Shown piece by piece: positions 48,621 to 59,833 of a stretch of DNA of 64,000 nucleotides. Both the position numbers and the translations under genes were made by a program. The DNA comes from Dicyema japonicum (Eukaryota > Animalia > Dicyemida). The DNA lies in contig RDEW01000053.1 of the NCBI GenBank assembly GCA_011109175.1, positions 124,001 to 188,000 of the forward strand, read 5' to 3'. The notes under the pieces are model-generated. The model was not told the DNA's origin. It saw only the letters and a list, made by a program, of their open reading frames with translations, and searched no databases. The number at the start of each line of letters is the position of its first letter. Position 1 is the first letter of the stretch.

Positions 48621-49460
48621 TATCTCTAAAGCATTCGACAGTGAATGCATGAAGCGTTGTTAAAGCAGCTTGTATCAGCATGTGTTCCAAGATACCTATT
48701 TGTTTGGCTAAGAAATTATCTTCAAAAAAGACAATCTTTTGTGAAGGTGTGTGGAAATATATCCGATGCAATATCATTCAAAAGAGGAGTAACACAAGGT
48801 TCGATTTTGAGCCACATTTTGTTTGATATATTTATGGCGAGTTTTTCACGTCCGAGGAATATTAATACTAGTCTTCTTATTTATGCGGATGACGTAATCG
48901 TGGTGACACATCTATAAAATCTTCTATATCTGAAGGGAGAATCGGGATCATGTTGACCAGATTGAGCATTGGTGCAACATGAGACGGCTTAAGCTCTCTG
49001 CTGAAAAATCTTGCGCACTCCGAATAAGCAATGTGAAAAAAGCACCTGAAACAAGAATACAAACTGGGAGTAAATAATGCACACAGTCTGCTCTACCTGG
49101 GGGTCGACTATGGATAAGCAGGAGATTACATTGACGACATAAAGGGGAGTAGAAAGAGAGCCCTTCCGCTCTTATGTACACAGAAGTTACACGTTAATCG
49201 CGACACCAACCTGTTCATCTTCAAGGGAGTTATTCTTCCTAGCCTACTTTATGGGTGCGAGGGGTGGTTCTTCTCTCCGAAGAGGGAGAAGATCTTATCC
49301 CTCCTAGAGAAGATTAGGAGAGCTGCAATTAAGCTCTCCTTAAATAAGAAGCTGAGAGACTGTCTAAGCGAGGACGAAAACAAGCTCTTAAAGCCGGCTA
49401 GCAGGATTGTGGAGAATCGGATCAATGGTCGTATGAGGATATCAAAAATCCAGGACACGT
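48621..49460 (+). mobile_element. Jockey/CR1-like LINE RT pseudogene interrupted by the pogo element
   Basis: ISKAFD...WLRNYLQKRQSFV...GVTQGSILSHILFDIFM...LIYADD...YLG...ILPSLLYGCEGW. Confidence 0.85.
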
Positions 49461-49617
49461 AAATTAAGCTGGGAGAAACGTCCTGAAGAAAATTTAATTA
49501 ATATTAAAAAAAAGTAAGTGTCCAGGTGTGGAGTCCAAGCCTCATGGTAGGACTCAGATGTAACACCCTCCAGAAAACTCCTTAACTCTTTTGTTAATAA
49601 ATCCTGCTTCTTTAAAA

Positions 49618-50090
49618 ATGTCTCTTTTGTTAATAGACCCCCACGAGACGAACAAATCAGGTGGACTAGGGCAGTCGAAGCACATTATATTCGATTCGGA
49701 TAGAGAAACTCATCTCCCACCCAAATACGACTCAAATACGAGTTCGGAATGTCACGTAGTCGAAATGGGTGACCTTGTTCGTCCCAAGAGGACCCCGACT
49801 ATGGCTACAGTGGTCGATATAGATGGCTTGCCCTTTGTCCCCGTTTTTGACAGATTTAAGGGAGATAATGGGGGGACGGAGTATTCAGAGACTGTGAGGC
49901 CTACTGCGAGGAATGAATCAGTTATCTTGAATGTTGTGTTCTTGTTATATAAGAGGGAACCAGATGTGCTAGAAAGAATCACGTGGATAGGAGAAAGCAG
50001 ATCAAGTCCCTTATATAAGTTCTTTCTGTTGGGAGTACTGCACAGTTTTCGGTAGTTTGGTGTTAAAATGCAGGTGGATGAGGTGGACGA
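49618..50090 (+). CDS. Hypothetical protein (no family recognised)
   Basis: A 154-aa open frame with gene-like composition and a nano-intron-like GTAGTTTGGTGTTAAAATGCAG (22 nt) at its end. Confidence 0.4.
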
Positions 50091-50419
50091 AAATTTGGTA
50101 GCTGTAATATCTGGCCCACGTGTATGATTGTGTTTGATTGTAGACTAGGGTCGTACTGGCGACTGATTTTGATAATCAATTGATTGACTTTGGATTGCTT
50201 GAAGGTTGATGTTTTTGTTTATTTTAGTAGACGTGTCTATTATGGTTGGTTGTTGATTTGTAGGTCATTGTAAGACTTGATTCTCTCATTAATGTAAAAT
50301 TTTGTAATATTTATGGACTATTTTGTGTTAATACGTTATTTTTAATTTTCTATGATGAGTTTGTGGTCTGGTGGATCTTACTTTGTGGTAGTTTTTAGCC
50401 ATGCTTGATCAAATTATAT

Positions 50420-51870
50420 ATATTAATTTAATAAATTAAATAAATTTTTTTGATTTTTTTCTTTGTGGGCGTCGGAGATTGTTAAAAAAGGTTTGAATAA
50501 CCGTACGGTGACCCCATTATAGACGCGTCTAGCGGACACGAACTCGTTTAAGTATTTATTGTCGACCTTCAGGCTTAACAAAATTATTGAGTTGCAAATT
50601 AACCACGTGCTTTGAAATTTTGTGCGAACTTTTTGAGATAATGTCGTTTTCTTGGATTTGACCGTCATTATAACTCAACCTATGAAAGTCATTTTTGAGC
50701 TCTTCTTACTCGAAGAACTGTTCCAGGGACTTATTCGATCCTAAAATGTCATTTTGAGACAGCGAAAATAGACTTGGGGGACCAGTCTTTATGCTAAAAT
50801 TTATTCAATCTGAACTAAAACAAAAAATATTTTTTAAAAGTAAAATATTATTCTGATGCATATTTTTTACACCAAATCTTAGCCTTGCTGTCGATTTCAA
50901 CACCTTTCAAGTCATCCTTAGTAATTTTGTACAATTTGTGTCTTCTCCGATTGAACGCTTTACTTGGTTCCCTATAATGTAGTAGCCGTTCCCAAAGATG
51001 CCAATATAGTCCTGATTTGTACCATAGAAGACATATTCGGTCATGTTCTTTGTCCCCACATATTTGATCCACTCTTTGGTGACATTCGTGTCAAACTTGA
51101 ATTTCTTGTTTATCCCAAAAGTCTGGGATCTGATTTGGAACATTTCACAGTTCCGTCTCAGTTTGTAAGAGTAGATTTTGAGAAAGACAGCCGAAGAAAA
51201 CGTCATCAACGACAAGCCTACGCTTAGACGTAAAATATACTGATTAGAAAAATAAGAATAGCGAAGTGACCCGATCTCGGATTTTTGGGGGACTTGAGGA
51301 TTTTCATTATTTGATTTTCTATGCATTTTTTGTATTTATTCTGAGCAGTCACCTCATTTTTACCGACGGTGGTGATGTTCATGATCTCCTGTAAACTTCC
51401 TTTGATCTTTTCGGTGGAGAGATCCCAGTCTGAAGGTTAAATCGTAAAGAGACCTCGGGAATAAATGTCGCTTTTTATGGAAAAAATATCCTGTGAAGGT
51501 TTCGATCGCAGATTCAACTGGAATCAATTTAAATTTTACATTGGCTAAAGTCAGAGATCTCTTCTTCGATGTCTTCGTTTTGGGAAGTAATGTTTTCTGA
51601 CTTTATTCCGACGAATCCTGCTGTGTTGTCTCTTAGCTGAAAATCCATAGGACTGTGAACCTGATTATATTTGTCGACGATGGCTTCGTAGACACGGCCC
51701 AATCCACTTTTGACGTTTTTCGTCAAAACTTCAATTATTGAGGATTTCACAGATGTTGGTGCTAGGCTCTCTTCTGTTTTGTAGGAATTCGACGAATCCT
51801 TCGTTCTGCCTTTGCGAAACTCTCTGCTGTACCCGATCCGACCCAACTCTCTTTACTGGAACCCATGAAT
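50420..51870 (-). CDS. One or more hypothetical spliced genes (no family recognised)
   Basis: Open frames of 105, 139 and 81 aa, separated by 22-24 nt GT-AG segments (e.g. GTAAAATTTAAATTGATTCCAG and GTCTCTTTACGATTTAACCTTCAG). I could not resolve a unique exon path. Confidence 0.4.
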
Positions 51871-52149
51871 TATGTTCATTTTACGAAAGATTGATAATTT
51901 AGCATTAAACTGACGGAATTTACCTTATATCCAAAAATGGAAAGAATTCGCAAAATTTCAATATTTGACTAAATAGGAAAATTAGTGTAGACTATCATAC
52001 AGACTATCGTATGTCTTAATTCTGACAGATGATCGTATGAGTTACTTCAATTTGTCAGGACAGGATCCGATCCCGAGTCCTTCGTGTATCAGAGACTTCT
52101 TTTACAGAACAGTGTTTCTCAATCTTTTTTTGTATCTCCCATATTTTTT

Positions 52150-55038
52150 TTAAAATAAATTTTATTTTAAATTTTAAACAATAGAAGTCAGGTAGTTGCC
52201 GCCCTCACCGCGTGGCTGTTCCCTCTCAAAATTGCGAGCGAAATTCGCTCAAATAGCCAGCGGCGTTCGCGGAGATCTCCAGTGCATGAGGTGATCCGGT
52301 TTCCAAGACGTCCGAAAAACTCGAGTGTAGAGGGGGAGTAGGATCCGGAAGTCTCCATAGCAAGGGGAACAAATTTGACATCATCGGGAAGGTCGACGTA
52401 TTTAACGAGTTTGGCCTTCTCCGCCTTTACGGATGCTGAACAGGCCCTTGTAGCACTCTCGTGAAGATTTTTCTGGGCGAACGTGTCTGTACATGTCACA
52501 TCCCAAACCAGTGGTTTCCCGGCCTCAAATGGAAATATGGTCATCCCGTCCGGTCGTTTCCCGTCACTTCTGCATAACCCGACCGGTTCAAGAATGGCCG
52601 AGTATCCAGCAGCATCCATAGCTCGCCTGACAATTTCATTCAGAGCCTTGTGCCTTGGGATCTGCCAGCGCTCCTCCTGCAGGCGAGAGGGTGCAGGCCA
52701 TAGCAGTCTATCAGGATGCCACATCGGCACGGGTGAGGTACACATACTTTTAGTCCCAGCCGCAGAGAGATACCAGTTCTAACGCATTCATCATCCAGAA
52801 AAGTGCCCAAAGCTCCATTGGGGATGGCGTTTAGCCAAGCTCCGCTCTCAGGGGAAGCCCCCGAAAGCAAACAAGCGCGTCGGTGCTGATTGGCAGATTC
52901 CAGTAGGAGTCCAAATGATTTCCAGCATAATAAGTTGTCCAGGTTTCGCTGGCGATCTTGGGAAGGAGGCAGGGGGAGGTTGGTGGCATTCCAGGCTTCT
53001 CGTGCGTGGATTATCTCTTGGTCAGTTGAGAATTCGGGTGGGGAGTGTAGAATCCTCCTGACCAAAGGTTCGCAGGCCGTGAGTGATGATAAATGAGCGG
53101 GAAGTGAGACGTCCAAAGTTCGACGGATTCCAAGACCCCCGAATCTAACTGGGAGTGTAGCCTGCATCCATGTATCATCGTCGAATCGGACATTAAATAT
53201 TTGCTCCGTCGAGCTGAGGAGAGACAAATCAAAATTCTCGAGCAGCTCCAGTTGAGAATAATGGAGCTGTCCTTAGTAGATAGGAGATTCTCTGGATGTT
53301 GAGACTTCTTTTCAATAGGAATAGTGCTGTGTGCAAGTCCAGCAGCTGTAATCTTTCCAGCGAATCGCATATGAGTCGTTTTTTGTCAAGGAGGACATGC
53401 TTCATCTCATTACTAGTGATCGGGGATCCAAGAAAAATCAATTCATTTTCAGGGGTCGAAATCCCACCGGGATACAAGGAGTAAAATTTTTGAACAATTG
53501 AAGAGAAGTCATCGTCAGCAAGACCACAGTTTGTTATTTCACATTTCGTTATATTCAACTGAAGACCCACCTCGGACAGCGCGGGGGTGAGTACTTCTAA
53601 GTCCTGGAAGACCGTTTACGGGGGACCTCCTAAGACAGCGTCATCGAGGTACCAGATGTTGAGTGGGCATCTGTTCTGCCTGTGGAGTCTTCTTTCACCT
53701 CGGGTGTTTGAAGCTCTCTCAGGCCTCTATCCGTGCTCTTGGGGTATGGCACTGCCGCTCGTGCCTTGGAATTGGTTCGGGGTTTCCTAATGGTCACGCG
53801 AGTGCATGTACCTCCGGGGCAAGACCTTTCCCATTTGGATCCAGATTCGCTGCTCAAAATTATCAATGAACGCCGGTCATCGAGGAGTATCCCGGTGAAG
53901 ATCCCTAAAGCAGCCCGCCCCCTAGCTGCCGAAGCCTTAACCAAAGCAATCGACGATGCACTCCGCTCCGACTCTATAAACGACTGGATACGTTTGTTTA
54001 ATTTTGCTCCTTTCGCTCTTGGCTCCTCTAGAGATCGCAATGGGAAGGAGTCTCTCTCGATTGAGATGAAGAACAACATCCGCGCATTTATGGATGGAAC
54101 TCACTTTACGGACCTCACGTCCTTCTGCATCCGTTCAACTGAGACTCGGAGTTCAACTCGGGAAACGGAGATTCTTCGCCTAAGAAGACCGTACGATCGA
54201 AGTTGCTTGAAGGAGGAACCCGATCCGCATTGAAGGCCCTCTCACTCTCAGATGGACCACGCAATCCAACCATTGATACTTACAAGACGCTATTGGGGAA
54301 ACATCCACCCTCTCCGAATGACCTACGCCATTGCTCGCCCCCATCAGAAGCGACCCTTTGACCACGTCGCCTGAGGATGTCATCACGGCGTTATGGAACT
54401 TTGCACCAAGTAGCTGTGGAGGTCTCGATGGCTTAAGGCCGGCCATCTTAAAGACCTTATTTCACCGACTATTGGAGACCAAGCAAGTCGTCTTTCATAC
54501 TCACTCACTTCTCTTATGAACAGGATATTATCTGGACATTTGCCTGATTTGATACGTCATATCTTGTTTTCGGCTAGTCTGATTGCCGTCGACAAGAAGG
54601 GAGGTGGAATCCGCCCGATCGCGGTCGGATTCACTTTCAGAAGACTAGCAGCCAAGATTGCTTCCAGATTTTCTACGTCAATCTTGTCAAAATCCTTACT
54701 TCCCAGTCAAGTTGGAGTCGGAGTTCGTCTTGGATGTGAGGCAGCCGTTCACTCCGTCAGAAGATTCAGGAACAGCAGCATTCAAGACTTTAAAAGGCAC
54801 ATTATGGTAAAACTGGACATCAAGAACGCTTTTAACAGCTTAAGAAGAGACTGCATTCTGGAGGCCTGCAAGGAAAGATGTCCGTACATATTTGAACTGG
54901 TCAATTATTCATACGGAAAACCTTCATCACTATTGCACGGGGATTTCATAGTTCCATCGTCCTCAGGTGTTCAACAGGGCGACCCCCTCGGATCACTGCT
55001 GTTCTCCCTCGGCATTGAGAGGATCACGAAGCTCTCTA
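52150..55038. mobile_element. Near-complete CRE-clade RLE retrotransposon with an inverted 5' half (3' half on minus 53667 to 52150; 5' half on plus 53663-55038)
   Basis: Plus strand: PHD-like finger, then RT N-terminal motifs RPIAVGFTFRRLAAK, GCEAAVH, LDIKNAFNS, VQQGDPLGSLLF. Minus strand: LNIWYLDD, GLQLNITKC, QATLPVRFGGLG, SGAWLNAIP, CRCG...HPLAC, RPDGMT...WDVTCTDT, ETSG, RISLAILRGN, stop, A-rich tail. Confidence 0.95.
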
Positions 55039-55042
55039 GATA

Positions 55043-55800
55043 TTAAAAAAAATTATTCACTGAACATTCTCCCTGTGACCGGCACAGGAACCTCATAGAT
55101 GGAATTAGCTTACGAAACCACTTAAGGCAGCTAAAAACTAACAACCTGCACTTCTTAGGATTGATTTTGAGACCTCTACTGTCAAAGCAGAGTATGGTCA
55201 CCCCCTCCCTCACACAGCTTCTTGGATCATAACACAAAAGATCTTTTCTTCACTAATGATCCTAAAGTACGATGTCATCAGCATAGACACCCATTCTAGT
55301 TCTCCAATTGGCTGAGCAAGGAAGCGATGACAAGAAGATATTGAATAAGGTGTCACTCAGGATCGACCCCTGTCGTATTCTTTCGTTAGAGACTAACAAA
55401 TTGGATCGGCAACCTTTATGTTGCGCCTAATTCATTCGACCTTCTACAAATTTAGAGATCCAGCTTATCAGTTCGACGGAGATTCCCGCTTTTCCTGGTT
55501 TCCTTACAACAACCAATTCCGCCTCCTCCAAACGCCTGGCAACATATCTCAACCTGAGGTTACCGTTAAACATCCTTATCAGGAAGTCCACAAAGCTATG
55601 TGGTGCCTTATTGAAGAGGGCCATAGGTATCCGGTCAGACCCAGGGGCATTAATTTTGGATTTTCAAATTGTCCCAAGGAATCTGGAAAACAAAGCTGGA
55701 ACTCAATAATTCCTTATCACCCGATAGTCAGTGCTTGCATCACTATTCACCACAGGGGAGGCAAACTCAGTCTCTTCTGTAGTACCTTTTGGTGGAGAGG
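55043..55800 (-). mobile_element. Decayed non-LTR RT fragment from a different family
   Basis: EAELVVVRKPGK, VYADD (about 55275-55290 on minus) and GLKINPKKC. Confidence 0.6.
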
Positions 55801-56339
55801 CACTTGAATTAGCTAGCCTATGTCCCTTACCACGATTCACACATTTGAGATCATCCACCGTCTTGAATCCCAATAAAGTTGGGGTTCTCCTCGTTTAAAT
55901 ACTCTGAAGTTGCCAAAACAGCTGATGTACTTAAGGTACAAAGTAGTTTGAGACTTGCTTCAGTTAGTCCGTAAAATACCTAAAAAATTCAGTCATCCGA
56001 GACACATCTTTCTGACATCGAAAATTGCAATGAAACGAGGGAGGAATAAGATTGGATGGAAGAAACTAGTAAAAAGGATAGTAGGGAGTACAACACAAAC
56101 GAAATGTATATTTTCATTGTTAATACCGGTGATTGATATCCTAGTAAATTTTCCACCACCGAATGCACAGATTCATGGTTCCCCCAATTTAACTTACCTT
56201 CTCAGATCAAACACTGTTTCTTTCGTTTTTAAAGCATTCGGAGGGGGCAATAAAGCCAGACAGATGGATCACGTGATGCCAGTCTATTAGAGCGTGAAAA
56301 GATGAGGAACAGAAGAAGAGAAATCTGAAGGAACCGAAC

Positions 56340-56800
56340 CCATAGAGTAATTGATTTGCCATAATATTCGCAAGGCAGTGTGTGCGACGAGGCCTTATTG
56401 ATTCAGGTACGGCTAGTTAGTACACTGAATGATTGGGTCAAGCCGTTCTTTTGAGGAAGAAAGTCGTTTGTTAACCAAAGACTTCATATCTCTGGAAAAA
56501 TTGTTTTAAAGAGAGGTGTCACTCAATTCGTCCTGAAAACGGGCTTTTATTGCGGGACTTTCTACAGCCAAGATACAGCAATGCACAATTACTTATGCTG
56601 ACCACGTTCCCTCGTGGGATGCGGAGATTTTCTCTGAGAGGAGAGAAAATTATCTTGAGGAGTTTGTTCTCTGATGGGGATGCGAGACGAAATTAAATGA
56701 GTACCAGGAAAATATTATTGAGCCAATGGGGGTTGACTATGGATGAGAGAATAGCGGCCATCCGTATGAAAGGATCTGCGTATGTCGACGAATACTACCG
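56340..56800 (+). mobile_element. Decayed Jockey/CR1-like RT fragment
   Basis: KRGVTQ and TYADH in broken frames. Same family as 48621. Confidence 0.5.
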
Positions 56801-56899
56801 AATTAAAGTTTATTATCCAACAAATTCATTTTGGAATGAAAATCTTGGAAAAGTGTGACAAGATCGATTTTTTTTATTTTTTTTATTTATCAATTAGTT

Positions 56900-58900
56900 T
56901 TTAAAAAAATAAAAATCAATCAATGATCCCCACCGAGATTAATCCAAAAAACCGCGTGGCGCTTTGTGATGCGAAATTTATCTTCCTTTTCTCTGATGGC
57001 GTCATTGGATCCACCATACTAAAGAAACTCCCAATGTTTTCATAGCCATTTCCGTAGCATACAGTGTGCCTACCGCGTTCCCTACGATGTTGATGGACAA
57101 AGGAAGTCGATGCATGTGGCATATCATACCAATGGCTTCCCCTTCTCCAATGGAAAAATTATAATTATGTCCTCCTCTGTCCAGGCCAACCGGTTCTTGT
57201 ATGGAGGAGTATCAAGCAGACTTTAGGACTCGCTTCAAAATTCAGTTGATCTTATGTCTTGGAATCGTCCTGCACTTCGGCAAGAAAGGCATGATTTCCA
57301 TAACAGTCGACGGTACCACTGCAACGGATGTTTTGTCCGCATTCGTAAGACGTTCGATACTGGTCCGGAAGAGGGAGCTGTTGCATTTTCATGTAACAAG
57401 GATCTCTCCGAGCATCAAAGATAGAATCTTGTTCAGGCTGCGAAAATCTAAAATTGGTAACTTCACATTTCGAGGGATTCCAGTTGAGCTATCAAACTTT
57501 TCAAACAATCTAGCACATTCTTCGGATGACCGCCCTCTATGATGCAATCATCCAAATACCACTTTCAAAGCAGTAGAACAATATCCAATGGTGCGTCCAA
57601 TTCGAGACTGAACAAGTCCGGGTTCAGTGGATCTCCTTGTTGCACTACAGAGAACGAGGGAATGAAGTATTGGTCGTTGACAAACCTGCAAGGTTTTCCG
57701 TGGGAGTTATGAACATATTTGTACACCGGTGGGTAGATTGTACAAGAATCCTCCAAAATTGCATATCACGTTGAAGGCGTTTTTGATATCAATTTTGAAG
57801 ATTACATGAGGAATATTTTACAATTTTCAGTTAATGTGCGGACAGTAGAAACTGCTGTTTTACAACCCCCTGCAGTGCCGACCCTTATTTGGGTTGTAGT
57901 TGTGTAACAAATACAGGAAGGATTGCTCTGCATGCTAGTTTTGAGGCCAACCGACGAAAATCTCAACAGCAATCAGGCGTATTCCTCCTTCCCTGTTATC
58001 GATTGCGATTAACTTAGTGGAGAACATGATGTGATGAATTGTATCTGTTAGTGTCCCGGAAAGCATCCTGTCCATTAGTTTGGTGATAGCGGACACAAGC
58101 GCCAAAGTTGATAAATATCTACTTAAGGTAAGTTCAAGAATTGTGTGACGAGTTGAATGTCAGGAGGCAATCTTACCAGCCAGCCTTCTGAAAACAAACT
58201 CGACCACAACCAGGTCGTACTCTGACGCCCTTCTTATCGAAGGCTATCAAATTGGCGGAAGAACAGGACGTAGCAGATAACTTTTGTAAGTACGTCATAC
58301 ATAATCCAATTTATAAGTGAGGTAATAGAACTCGTGAGACAAGTCCTTGGTCTCCTATGGATAAAGAGGTTAGATCTTTCAGATTGTCAGGTTTTATTCG
58401 TCAAGGCCGCCACTGGGGCAAAATTCCGTATTGTGAGGAGAACTTTATCGTTGATGCAGTCAGGGTACTCACTCCGGCTGGGGGAGCAACTGGACATAGG
58501 TTTTGGGGTGGAAGAGGATGCTTGTTAAGTAAAATATTGTAGGCGTCGGAATCGGTTTTCGCGGTCCACTTGAGGAAAGTGCTCCCAATGGCTGTGCGGG
58601 TACCACCTTCGGTTAATTTCAAGCTAACAGTTCTCTTGAGACGGAGCACTTCGACTTTCTTACTCGGACCATGTGTCTCTTGCGTGTGGTTAGAAGATGT
58701 GGGGCAACTGGGGATATAGATTTCCCATAAAAAAGTAAATGTTGTTCTTTGTGGCGGTAGCAAAAGACTCCTTTCCGTGACCATCTCGATCAAGTCCCAT
58801 TGCGTAAGGCGCTAAACTGAATAGACGCACCCAATCCTGCATTGCGTTAGGCCGAAAGGCATCTTCGATTTGCAGATAAATCAACATCTTGATTCTCAAG
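56900..58900 (-). mobile_element. Older mosaic CRE-like copy with an internal duplication and deletion
   Basis: IEDAFRPNAMQDWVRLFSLAP matches 53733. The RT block NLIAFDKKG...FRRLAGK is followed by a second block KLIAIDNREGGIRLIAV, then VQQGDPL, then endonuclease GKPLV..ATC. Confidence 0.75.
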
Positions 58901-58959
58901 GATCATTTTAACGAAAAGAGCTGACAATCTATGAAACCTGTCAAACTGAAAAAGAGAAA

Positions 58960-59330
58960 GTATCACGGCTTCATGGACCGGTTTGTTTGTTGGTAGATTT
59001 CCGTTCAGACGTCTGGCGTTATTGCCCCGAGCACGTCAGATTTATCAGTTTAATCGGACGACTTTCAGGGAAGTGGAATGGTGAACCTAGAATGATGGTT
59101 ATTCCAGAACATTGGACTCGCGATTATGAAATTAACTCCCATTGCGTGTTCAATGCCTGTAGGCCATAATGGTGACCTGTCTTTGAAAGCGATTACTCCC
59201 AAGCTAATGGGGTTGTCCATTGCCATGCTTAAAAACGAGCTGGGGGAGATGTTTGGCTGGAAGTTTCTAGTTATTCCAATAGAAATGTCGTGGTAAGGAA
59301 TTGCAACAAAGTACCACAAGGGTTAGACGA
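58960..59330 (+). mobile_element. Decayed CRE-like RT fragment in the opposite orientation
   Basis: VGRFPFRRLA resembles AVGxxFRRLA. The rest is degenerate. Confidence 0.4.
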
Positions 59331-59659
59331 GGAATCTTGTTGATTATTAACTTTTTTTATTATTTGTTAAATAAATTGAGTATTTAATTTTGGAAATATG
59401 TACGTAGACACTATTTTTGTTAAAATAAATTTGGGATTCCGTTCTGTTCCATGCCTTTTTAAAATTGATTGTTGGACGTATCTTAATTATCTCTTATTCT
59501 CTATCAGTATATCCCCGGTTATAAATAAAAAATGCTAAATTTAAGATCTATTCTATTATGAAGATTTGTAGAGGTCCAAACCAATACCCAAACCTATCAA
59601 ATTTTAATATTTGTTCTATTTAACACATACTAATCATGTTAGACTTAACGGATTTAATA

Positions 59660-59833
59660 GTCGAGTCATAGGAGCCGTTGGTCCAATGTCGGCTGAGTTC
59701 TTATGCGAACTTGGAGGAATGCTTGATAGAAAAAAAGGAGCAACGAGAAGGCTTCTGGCTGAGACATAGGATTGGAGTAGCCATACTCCGAGGGAACTCA
59801 TTGGCGATCCACGCAGCAGGCTTCCTCAATTAA
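59660..59833 (+). mobile_element. 3' end of CRE-like subfamily
   Basis: VES.GAVGPMSAEFL...IGVAILRGNSLAIHAAGFLN*. Confidence 0.8.
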
